From a virus, in the IMG/VR virus record IMGVR_UViG_3300006854_000016: DNA of 40,837 nt, one strand, 5' to 3'. Each line of letters opens with the position of its first letter. The first letter of the stretch is position 1. The notes beneath the pieces are model-generated. The model saw only the letters and a program-made list of their open reading frames with translations, was not told the DNA's origin and ran no database searches. The position numbers and the translations under genes were made by a program. Positions 1 to 8,200 of the stretch are shown in pieces.

Positions 1-110
1 GTCATCGCGGTCCCGACGTTCATCCACGCCGCGTTCGGGATCCGGGTGTACTTCCCGGCCGCCGCGCGGAAGGAGGAGCTCGTCGGGTACCCGGTCGGGT
101 CGTTCACGAG
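1..110. repeat. Terminal direct repeat, copy 1 (identical to 40728-40837)
   Basis: 110/110 nt identity between the first and last 110 nt of the window, read directly (gtcatcgcggtcccgacg...ggtcgttcacgag). Confidence 0.97.
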
Positions 111-1361
111 CGCCGTCTGGTTGAGCAGCGGACCGCCGACGTACGCGCCGTCCCGGTGGTTTCCAGAGAGGTCCGCGGCCACGGTCCCCGTGTCCTCCCG
201 GTCCCCCTGCCAGAGGGCCGGGGCGTTCGCGAGCACGATCGCGCCATAGGGCGACGGCGCGCCGAAGACGAACCGCGGGGTGTTGAGGACCGGGAAGAGC
301 GGGGGGATATGCGGGTCATAGAGCTCCGCGAGCTTGAGCGTGACCTCGTCCTGGTCGGGGTTGCGGTGGGCTTCGATGACCTCCGCCGGCATGGCGACGA
401 GCCCGAACCGCGAGGATGTGACGGGGAAGCGGTCGCCCATGTCGACCGGGTTCATCGTCGGCCCGATCGTCACCTCGCAGATCCGGCGCTGGTAGCTCGA
501 CCGGGAGAGGCAGAGGTTTCCGAAGTAGATCGCGCTGGCCCGGTCATAGGCGAACACCGTCTCGGTGTCCCCGTAGGTGATGGGCCGGATGATCCGGTTC
601 GCCCGCTGACTGTCGAGCGCGTTCACCGTCTCCGTGAATCCTCCGGTGTATCCGACCGTCACGCGGTTGACGAAGCTGAGGGCGTCGTATCCCTGCGAGG
701 GCATCGCGCGAATGACCGTCTCATCGATGTCCTGCTTGAGGCCGGAGCCCTGTCCCTGGTAGGGCCGGAAGACCCGGGCGGAGAGGAGTGTGCGGGAGAC
801 GTAGACGGAAATCGAGCAGAGCCGCGCGATCTCCTGCATCGCGGACATGCAGGACGCCCTCGAATCGTCCTTGAACTCGTAGGAGATCGTCGCGCCCGCG
901 GTGCGCGCGAGGCCCCCGCTGGCCTTGAAGCTGGCGGCGTCGATGAACTCCTCGGGGAGCGCCGATCGCGCGATCGCGAGCAGCACGTCCCCCGGGTTCG
1001 CGTTCTGCCCCGACCCGACGAACGGCTCCTGCGCCGGGACTTTCATGACGTCGTCGCTCACAATCGTCGCGGTCCCCGCGTCGGAGGAGATCTGGATATT
1101 CCGCACCCGGCCGGCGTAGACGAGCTGCCCGTCGAGCGTGACGGTGAGAATCTGCCCGTACCAGTTGAGGCCCCGGACGATCGACGCGGGCCCGTCGGAC
1201 GTGAACGCGCCGCCCTCGTTCATCACCTGGATCGAGTGCTCGGAGGTGAACATCGTGGCCTCGGCCAGCAGCACCTCCTTGACCTGCTCCAGCGTGCCCC
1301 ACGAGACGACCCGGTCGGTGATGTCGACCCCGAGGAAGGTCGCCGTGCGGACGGTCGCCAT
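1..1361 (-). CDS. Tail/baseplate protein, N-terminal part; the ORF leaves the window at base 1 and continues at 40727 to the stop at 40265 (607 aa in the circular map)
   Basis: ATG at 1361-1359 overlaps the TGA of the upstream 1390-aa gene (ATGA). Hand translation (MATVRTATFLGVDITDRVVSWGTLEQVKE...) stays open to base 1 and is in frame with the 189-aa track ORF at the other end. It is missing from the ORF track because it has no in-window stop. Confidence 0.75.
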   Translation of the reverse strand, partial: MATVRTATFLGVDITDRVVSWGTLEQVKEVLLAEATMFTSEHSIQVMNEGGAFTSDGPASIVRGLNWYGQILTVTLDGQLVYAGRVRNIQISSDAGTATIVSDDVMKVPAQEPFVGSGQNANPGDVLLAIARSALPEEFIDAASFKASGGLARTAGATISYEFKDDSRASCMSAMQEIARLCSISVYVSRTLLSARVFRPYQGQGSGLKQDIDETVIRAMPSQGYDALSFVNRVTVGYTGGFTETVNALDSQRANRIIRPITYGDTETVFAYDRASAIYFGNLCLSRSSYQRRICEVTIGPTMNPVDMGDRFPVTSSRFGLVAMPAEVIEAHRNPDQDEVTLKLAELYDPHIPPLFPVLNTPRFVFGAPSPYGAIVLANAPALWQGDREDTGTVAADLSGNHRDGAYVGGPLLNQTALVNDPTGYPTSSSFRAAAGKYTRIPNAAWMNVGTAM

Positions 1362-4300
1362 CAGGGGGATTCCCAGAAGGAGAGCTTGCGGATCGGCTCC
1401 GGCACCTGGTCGGACGAATAGTAGAGCCCTTGGAGCTGCGAGCGGCCGAGGGACGTGCTACGCTTGAGCCGGACAGGGATGAAAGTCGTCCCACCGTCGA
1501 AGCTGATCTGACACTCGCCCACGCCGTAGGTGTAGAGATCGATGAGCGCCTCGACCTGGTCGGTCCCCATCATCGCGTCCGCCCCCCATTCCAGGTCGTA
1601 CCGCTTCATGAACCCCGCGCCCTCGCTGTACTTCCGGAGGCCGAACGTGTCGCCCTCCGTCAGCTTGATCGCCTCCGGGTCCGTGGCGAGGGTGAACGGG
1701 TTGTACCATCCGGTCGTGTCGAAGTCGAGGAGCGTCCACGAGGTCACGAGCGGCGGGTAGGCGAAGGCGTACGCCCCGGCGTCGAGGCCGTCGTGCGCGA
1801 GCCCCTTCGCCGGGGAATCGTACGGGAAGCCGTCCTCGACCGCCTGCAGGCGGAGATCCACGGTCCCGACTCGGACGTTCCGGTAGAGCGGGTCCCGGCG
1901 CGAACCGGAGATCTCGGCGCCCGCGCTGATTTCCGCGATGTCGGAGTCCGTCTGCGGCCGGACGCCCTGGTAGTCGAGAGCGTAGTTCCCGGCATAGACG
2001 TTGTCCCGGCTGATCGTATCCGTCGCCCCGAGGAGATCGACCTGCCCGTACTCGCAGCGGAAGGCGGTGCAGTGCTCGACCACGTTGTTCACGGCGTAGA
2101 TGAGGAATCCCGCGCCGTCGCACTGACTCGCGACGCATTGCCGCACCGTGCATCCGGCGTCCGAGACGTTGCAGGCGATCCCGTTCGTGGTGAACCGGCA
2201 ACGCTCGATCGTGGCGCGGCTCGCGACTTGGATTCCCTGCGGTCCGAGCCCCTGGAAGTCGCAATAGCTCACATAGAGCGGCGTCGCGATGCTCCGGGCG
2301 ATCTGGACGCCGTCATAGAAGTTGAGGTCCCCCGTGAACGTGAACCCGTCGATCGAGAACCCCTTCGCTGCGGTGCTCAGGATGAGGAGGGGCGTTTGGA
2401 TCCCGGCGTTCGTCCGGATGTTCGCCGCACCCGAGGCCACGTTCCAGTCCACGGCCGCGGAGAGCGCGGAGAGGCCGGCGTTGACCTGCTTGGGGACCGT
2501 CGAGAGGAAGAGGGGGTCGGTGATGACGGTGTCGACGCCCCCGGTGATCGTCACCATCGCGGTCGTCGACGGCGTCCAGAAGTAGCTCGCGAGCACCTGC
2601 ATCGCGGACCCGCCGACGGTGAGCGTGTAGGTCGCAGTCCCCGCGTTCACCGACCAGGCGGTCGTCGGGAAGAAGTTGTTCGACCCGGGGAAGGCGATAT
2701 AGAGGTTCCCGTTCGGGCCGACGTACGTCCCGGCGAACGGCGGGGTGACGACGAAGGTCGAGGTGCCGGCGGGGACGTTGTGCGGCTCGTTGTAGACGGA
2801 ATATATCCCACCCGCGAGGCCCTGCTGCGGGTTCTGGAAGACGCACCCGCTGACGCCGATCACGCCGACCGTCCCCGTGTTTTCGAGAGCGACCTTCATC
2901 CCCGAGCCGTACTCCAGGCAGGAATACATCTTGATGATCTGGGGGGTACCCGCGTTGTTCTGCAGCAGGTGATATCCATTGAGCCGGGCGTTGATCGCGA
3001 CGCAGCGGTCGAACTTGACCGCGCCGGCTGTGACGCCCGCGACGGCGAACCCCTCCCCCTGCGATCCGATGGAGAGAACGCTCGTGAGCGTGACGGTCGC
3101 CGTGTTCGCGACCTGGAGCGTGAAGTTATTGAGGCCCGCCGCGGTGTTGCTGGTCTTCCCGCACTCCTCGATAACAATCGTGCTATACGTCCGCGCGCAG
3201 GCTCCGGCCGCGCCGTTGTCGAGGATGCCGCAGGAGCCGAGGCTGGAGATCAGCAGGTTCGAGATCGCGCAGGAGCCGCCCCCCGCCATCTGGTTCGAGA
3301 TCCCGACGGACGCCGTCGGCTTCGTGGCCGTGCTCCGGATGATCCCCCCGCTGATCGTGATCGCGGTCGTCACGCCTCCGGCGGTCCCGAGGTAGATCGC
3401 GGCGACCCCCTTCGCCACGTCCTCGATCGTGAAGCTCGTCATGGTGAACGTCCCCACCCCCGCCCCGCCGACGTTGATGACCCCGTTCCCCCCCGTGAGC
3501 GTGCAGTTCGCGAAGTATGAGTTCGTGACCGTGAACGTCTCAGTCGTCCCGCCGATGATGAGCGCGGAGTTCTGGGAGTTGAGGAAGGCGCAGTTCACGA
3601 TCGCAAGCGTCTTCGTGTTGCCCGAGCTGCTCACCGCCGTCGCCGCCCCAAGGACCGTGCAGTCGTAGAGCTCGAGGTTCCCCGTCGGGTGGATGAGGTC
3701 CTGACTCGGGAGGCTCCCGGTCGCGTTCTCCTCGAAGATAATCCCGTAGAGCTTCACGGAGACGCCCGCGTTCATCGTGACGTGGATCGCGGAGGCCGCG
3801 GTGTTCGTCACGATCGGCGTCTGTCCCGCAGCGGCTTGGATCGTCACGGCGTTCGCCCCGACCGCGATCGCGCCGGCCTCCGCGTACCGGCCCGAGTCCT
3901 GGATCTGCACCGTGTCGTTCGCCACGCGCGCGGCGTCCCCGAGGGCTCCTGTGATCGTGAGATACGGGAGGGAGGAGTTGCCCCGGGCGCCCGTGCCATC
4001 GTTGCCCTGCTTCGAGACGTAAATGAACGTGGCCCCGGCCCCGGCCGAGAACTTCGTCCGGCCGCTCGCCCGGGCCCCATACGTCCCGGGGACCGCGCCG
4101 CGCGACTGCGTGAGGATCGGCGTCTGCCCGTCAGCCGCGAAGAGCCCGCCCTCCTCGTTCGCCGAGTAGGTGACGGTGATGAGTTCCCCGTACGTCCCGG
4201 AATCAAGAACGACGACATAGGTGAAGGCCCCGGCGAGCTGCGCGAGGGCGAACCCGACCGTGAGGTACGGAGCGCCCAGCGTCCCGGCCGCCCCGTCGCT

Positions 4301-5533
4301 CCCCGTCTTCGCGACATACTTTGTGTTCGAGTTCGTGAATATCGGATACGGGACCGCCGCGGCGAAGGAGGTCGATCCCGTCCCGATCGTGGTGAACGCC
4401 CCGAAGCAGTAGGCCGTCCGGTCCACGAGGAGGATCTGGTCGACGTCGCCGTTCGTGGACGGGTCCCAGACTCGGAGCGCGTTGTCGACTCCGACGGCCG
4501 CGAGGCCGAGCCGGGCGACGCCCCCGACGGTCGTGAATGACCCGCCGATGAGCACAATGTTCCGGTAGACCGCGACCGCCAGGCCGTCGAGGTTGAGGTT
4601 CGGATTCCAGGCAATCGCGTTCGCGTTCGAGTCCAGACCCGCCGCACGGTTCCGCACAACGGCCGCGGCCCCGATCTGCGTGAAGGAGCCGACGGCGAAG
4701 AGGTACCCGCTGGCCGTATCATAGGCGATCGATATCACCTGCGCGTTCGGGGCAGGCGCCCATGAGTCCACCGCGCCCGCGCCGGTCATGGTGAGGCGAT
4801 TGAGATAGGTGTGCGCGACCGCGTAGAGGGTCGTGTGCTGCCCGGCGAGGTAGACCTTCTGGTTCGCCTCGTCGATCGCGATCGCCCGGATGGCCGCGTC
4901 CGGCTCCGGGTCCCACGCCGTCGGCACGACCGGGGAGGCGGACACGATCGGGAGTTCGGCGAGCCGGGCGCGGGCGGTCCCGTTGACGGTCGTGAGGGCG
5001 TCCCCCGCGATGTAGAGCGAGGCGTTCACGGGGTTGTACCGCAGCACCGCGAGGTTCGCGGAGGCGTTGAGCGCCGGGAGCCATGTCGTGTCGACCTCCC
5101 CCGCATAGCTGATCCGGCAGAGCCCCGAGAGGCTTCCCGTCGCCACGGGGGATCCGCCGTTCGGCGTGATCGTGAGCGCGGTGAAGGAGCCGCCGAGGTA
5201 GAGCCACGTCCCGTCCGTCTCGAGGGTCGTCGGCGGGCCGCCCGTGAACGTGATCGTGAAGGCGTCGTCGAGCGCGCCCGTGAACCGGTCCCACATCGCG
5301 AACCCGGCCCGGGCAGAGGCCCCCACGTTCGCGAAGGATCCCACGGCCGCGATCCGGCCCGCCCACGCGACGGCGCCGGAGAGGTTCGTACATCCGGCGT
5401 CCGGCGAGGCTCCGAAGTCCGGCCACCACCCGCGCCGGCCTGCGTCGCCCTGCGTGCCAACCCAGGAGAGTTGCTTCGCGGTCGCCGGCCGGACCGGCCG
5501 GTACTTGATCCGAATACCCGGGCGCTGCGCCAT
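1361..5533 (-). CDS. Large tail fibre/spike protein: N-terminal beta-propeller-type repeats plus two right-handed beta-helix (pectate-lyase-like) modules
   Basis: 1390 aa directly after the tape measure gene. Repeated 'GGSFT..xG..r..lA....vD..W.P' units in aa ~60-400. 'KYVAKTGSDGAAGTLGAPYLTVGFALAQ' and 'IYVSKQGNDGTGARGNSSLPYLTITGALGD' look like beta-helix N-caps. Long G/T/A/V/N-rich beta-helix-like region. Confidence 0.65.
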   Translation of the reverse strand: MAQRPGIRIKYRPVRPATAKQLSWVGTQGDAGRRGWWPDFGASPDAGCTNLSGAVAWAGRIAAVGSFANVGASARAGFAMWDRFTGALDDAFTITFTGGPPTTLETDGTWLYLGGSFTALTITPNGGSPVATGSLSGLCRISYAGEVDTTWLPALNASANLAVLRYNPVNASLYIAGDALTTVNGTARARLAELPIVSASPVVPTAWDPEPDAAIRAIAIDEANQKVYLAGQHTTLYAVAHTYLNRLTMTGAGAVDSWAPAPNAQVISIAYDTASGYLFAVGSFTQIGAAAVVRNRAAGLDSNANAIAWNPNLNLDGLAVAVYRNIVLIGGSFTTVGGVARLGLAAVGVDNALRVWDPSTNGDVDQILLVDRTAYCFGAFTTIGTGSTSFAAAVPYPIFTNSNTKYVAKTGSDGAAGTLGAPYLTVGFALAQLAGAFTYVVVLDSGTYGELITVTYSANEEGGLFAADGQTPILTQSRGAVPGTYGARASGRTKFSAGAGATFIYVSKQGNDGTGARGNSSLPYLTITGALGDAARVANDTVQIQDSGRYAEAGAIAVGANAVTIQAAAGQTPIVTNTAASAIHVTMNAGVSVKLYGIIFEENATGSLPSQDLIHPTGNLELYDCTVLGAATAVSSSGNTKTLAIVNCAFLNSQNSALIIGGTTETFTVTNSYFANCTLTGGNGVINVGGAGVGTFTMTSFTIEDVAKGVAAIYLGTAGGVTTAITISGGIIRSTATKPTASVGISNQMAGGGSCAISNLLISSLGSCGILDNGAAGACARTYSTIVIEECGKTSNTAAGLNNFTLQVANTATVTLTSVLSIGSQGEGFAVAGVTAGAVKFDRCVAINARLNGYHLLQNNAGTPQIIKMYSCLEYGSGMKVALENTGTVGVIGVSGCVFQNPQQGLAGGIYSVYNEPHNVPAGTSTFVVTPPFAGTYVGPNGNLYIAFPGSNNFFPTTAWSVNAGTATYTLTVGGSAMQVLASYFWTPSTTAMVTITGGVDTVITDPLFLSTVPKQVNAGLSALSAAVDWNVASGAANIRTNAGIQTPLLILSTAAKGFSIDGFTFTGDLNFYDGVQIARSIATPLYVSYCDFQGLGPQGIQVASRATIERCRFTTNGIACNVSDAGCTVRQCVASQCDGAGFLIYAVNNVVEHCTAFRCEYGQVDLLGATDTISRDNVYAGNYALDYQGVRPQTDSDIAEISAGAEISGSRRDPLYRNVRVGTVDLRLQAVEDGFPYDSPAKGLAHDGLDAGAYAFAYPPLVTSWTLLDFDTTGWYNPFTLATDPEAIKLTEGDTFGLRKYSEGAGFMKRYDLEWGADAMMGTDQVEALIDLYTYGVGECQISFDGGTTFIPVRLKRSTSLGRSQLQGLYYSSDQVPEPIRKLSFWESP

Positions 5534-6676
5534 TTAGTGCGCCGGTCCGAGGGCCGTGTTGCCCTGCCGGGCGGCCGTCTCGGCGGCGAGCTCGGCCAGA
5601 CTGAGCGCGGAGGTCGTCCCCTGGAGCGCGCCTGCGGCGGCGAAGAGGCCGCCCGCACCGCCGCCCGTGAGCAGGGTGAGGAAGGCGAGGATTGCCTTGC
5701 TCGCGAGGATCTCCTCGCCCCTGCGGATTGCCTCCCGGACCACGGCCTTCCCGAAGTTCTCGTGGGAATTCGCGAGGCTGACGAGGGTCGCGCCGACGCT
5801 CTTCGAGAACTGCTCGTACCCCTGCTCCATGGTCGCGAGGGTCGCGGCCTGCTTCTTGTCCCAGCGTTCGAGCATCTCGATCGCGTTGACGTCCGCCTGC
5901 GCGCCGGAGAGGGTCATCCGGGCGCGCAGCGCGATCGCGTCCGCGAGCTTTTTCTCGTTGTCGATCTCCTTCTTCTGCCATTCCGTGAACGTGAGCCCGG
6001 TCCGGATCAGGAAGAGCATGTCGAGGTTGAGGGCGTTGATCGCCGTCGCGTTCTTGTAGGTGTTCTCCGTGTGCTTGACCGTGTCGTCGTTCAGGTCCCG
6101 GATCTTCTCCTTGATGTCGTCGATCATGGTCCGGTGCTGCGCGCTGAACGACCGATCGAGCCCGGCGGACGTCGCCTGGAGCCAGGCGGGCAGCTCGTGT
6201 CCCGCGGCGAGCCAGTCCCGGAGCGAGTTCGTCGCGACCAGTGCGCCCTCGTGAAACTTCCGGACCTCCTCGTTGAGCTTGTGCTGCTCCTCCGCCTGCT
6301 TCTTCGTGTGCTCCGTCCACGCGACGAACGCGGTGATGGCGAGTCCGATCCCGGCCACGGCCAGCCCCACGGCCCCGCCCATGGTCCCGAGCCCCTCCTC
6401 GAGCGCCTGCGCGGAGCCGAGGAGGGAGAACATCGAGCGCGCCGCGGTCGTCCCCTCGCCCGCGAGGGACCCCAATTCGAGGGCCATGAGGCGCAGGTGC
6501 CGGCCCTCCCGGCCCTTGACGAGGGTGCCCATGAGCGACTCGGTCGAGTGGTTCGCACGCGCCATGCCCCCGGCCATCTGGTCGCCCGCGGTCTGGACGA
6601 CTTCCCCGGCCTGCTTCATGTCGTTCGTGAAACCGTCGGTGAGCGCGGCGAGCCGTACGCTGATCTCGTCAGGCAC
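5534..6676 (-). CDS. Tape measure protein (short, 380 aa)
   Basis: Syntenic slot after the chaperone pair. Helical/coiled-coil composition with hydrophobic Gly/Ala segments (GGAVGLAVAGIGLAITAFVAW; LTLLTGGGAGGLFAAAGAL). GTG start overlaps the upstream stop (GTGCCTGA). Confidence 0.7.
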   Translation of the reverse strand: MPDEISVRLAALTDGFTNDMKQAGEVVQTAGDQMAGGMARANHSTESLMGTLVKGREGRHLRLMALELGSLAGEGTTAARSMFSLLGSAQALEEGLGTMGGAVGLAVAGIGLAITAFVAWTEHTKKQAEEQHKLNEEVRKFHEGALVATNSLRDWLAAGHELPAWLQATSAGLDRSFSAQHRTMIDDIKEKIRDLNDDTVKHTENTYKNATAINALNLDMLFLIRTGLTFTEWQKKEIDNEKKLADAIALRARMTLSGAQADVNAIEMLERWDKKQAATLATMEQGYEQFSKSVGATLVSLANSHENFGKAVVREAIRRGEEILASKAILAFLTLLTGGGAGGLFAAAGALQGTTSALSLAELAAETAARQGNTALGPAH

Positions 6677-6968
6677 GGGCCGCCTCCTTCCCGAACACGA
6701 GATCCCGCGCGAGCCAGCCGCGGATCTTCCGGGCCGTCACCTCATCGCCGCGCCGGACGGCGAGCTGGAGCATCGCCCGCTGCCAAGCGTGCTCGTCCCG
6801 GGGCGCCGCCGGGCCCCCGGCCGCGGGGCGGTTCGGGAGCGGGCGGAAGCGGGAGACGCCGGCCGCGGCGGCGTAGATCATGGCCTTCCCGATCGTGAGG
6901 CGTTCCACGACGTCGGGCGTCCACTTGTAGGCGAGACAGAGCTCGGCGATCAGCACGTCGAGGCTCAC
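6669..6968 (-). CDS. Tail assembly chaperone-like protein 2 (gpT position)
   Basis: 99 aa; GTGA overlap with the preceding chaperone ORF; lies between chaperone 1 and the tape measure gene. Confidence 0.45.
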   Translation of the reverse strand: MSLDVLIAELCLAYKWTPDVVERLTIGKAMIYAAAAGVSRFRPLPNRPAAGGPAAPRDEHAWQRAMLQLAVRRGDEVTARKIRGWLARDLVFGKEAARA

Positions 6969-7321
6969 CCCGACGCGGGAGACGATAGGACCTCCGTCAT
7001 CTTGCGCCCGATCAGGTTGCCGAGCTGGTTCAGGGACCAGACCTGCTCCAGGACGCCGAGCAGCTCCGTCGCAGTCAGGGTCCGAAGAAACTCCTCGCTC
7101 GCGCCCGTGCTCGCCGCGAGGATCTGCCCGATCATCCGGTCCGCGAGCGACTTGACGATCTCGGCCCCCGGGAGCTTCTGCGTGAGGAGGATCTGCATCT
7201 CGTCGAAGATCGCCGCCAGGGGCGCGAGATCCCCGATCGTAAGTTCCCGGACCACCACCATCTGCCCGCGCACGGTCACGTCGACCGTGCGGGGCTGCGC
7301 GAGGAGGACGGAGGCGCCCAC
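6965..7321 (-). CDS. Tail assembly chaperone (gpG position)
   Basis: 118 aa, acidic, immediately downstream of the tail tube gene; GTG start 2 nt after the tube TAA. Confidence 0.55.
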   Translation of the reverse strand: MGASVLLAQPRTVDVTVRGQMVVVRELTIGDLAPLAAIFDEMQILLTQKLPGAEIVKSLADRMIGQILAASTGASEEFLRTLTATELLGVLEQVWSLNQLGNLIGRKMTEVLSSPASG

Positions 7322-7322
7322 G

Positions 7323-8186
7323 TTACGCGATGGTGAAGTCGAACGTCGCCCAGCCGCCGTTCAACAGGTTGCCCGCCAGGTCCGCGACGCTGTTGAGCTG
7401 GATGCTGTACTTCAGTCCAGACGTCAGCGGGGCGGCCGGGGTGATGGTGAGGGTCGTGGTCGTGGGCGTGAGGGTACACGCGCGCACGGTCGGGTTCGTC
7501 CCGACGGCGCCGGACCACTCGACGAGCTTGACGTGCAGCGCGTCGAGGGTGTTCTGGTTCATGATCTCCGAGAAGGTGACGACCGGGACGACGGTCGTCG
7601 CGACGCCGGTCGCGTCGTCGACGGGCACGCACGTCGCCGTCGGCGCCGTGACGTCTGCGCTGATGGTCGGGTCCCCGAGCGTCCCGAGCCAGAAGCCCTC
7701 GGAGCCGCCGGCCTCGTCGACCATGCCCTCGAACTCGCAGGCCCACGCCTGGTACTTCTCGGCGGTCCAGACGAGCTTCGGCGCGCCGGTCGGCACCGCG
7801 CGCGTGAGGGTGAACTTCGAGAACGGAGTCCGCGCGGACTGCTCGGGGGTGAGGACGAGGGTCACGCCGGTCAGGGGCGCTCCGGCCTTGCGGCCGATTC
7901 CGAGCTTCGTGTTGCCGCCGCTCGTGGTCGCGGTGAAGAGGGAATAGACGGTCGCGATGTCCGTGTACACGGACTGGATGAGGTTGAACTTGACCTTGAC
8001 CATCGTCCCGGCGGAGAACTTCTGGACGGGCGCGCCGTGCGGGCCGTACTTGCCCGCCTTCGCGTCGACGTAGGCCTCGATCGGATCGGCCTCGGCCCCG
8101 TGCTCGTCCGTGTGTCCGACGTCGCCGCCATTCACGACCACCGTGCACGGCCCCGGCATATAGACCTTTGTCTCGTCCTGTCCCAT
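7323..8186 (-). CDS. Major tail tube protein with C-terminal Ig-like domain
   Basis: 287 aa; GGAGG RBS before the ATG at 8186. The C-terminal 'VPVDDATGVATTVVPVVTFSEIMN...TLTITPAAPLTSGLKYSIQLNSVADLAGN' matches the Big/SbsA Ig-like pattern. Position is upstream of the chaperones. Confidence 0.7.
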   Translation of the reverse strand: MGQDETKVYMPGPCTVVVNGGDVGHTDEHGAEADPIEAYVDAKAGKYGPHGAPVQKFSAGTMVKVKFNLIQSVYTDIATVYSLFTATTSGGNTKLGIGRKAGAPLTGVTLVLTPEQSARTPFSKFTLTRAVPTGAPKLVWTAEKYQAWACEFEGMVDEAGGSEGFWLGTLGDPTISADVTAPTATCVPVDDATGVATTVVPVVTFSEIMNQNTLDALHVKLVEWSGAVGTNPTVRACTLTPTTTTLTITPAAPLTSGLKYSIQLNSVADLAGNLLNGGWATFDFTIA

Positions 8187-8200
8187 TCAACCTCCTCGGG

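Noticed and set aside
6965-7010. Programmed -1 frameshift joining the two tail chaperone ORFs (the gpG/gpGT paradigm)
   Set aside because: I found no X_XXY_YYZ slippery heptamer near the end of the first ORF. The second ORF has its own GTG in a GTGA overlap, so independent coupled initiation explains it. A frameshift is not excluded.
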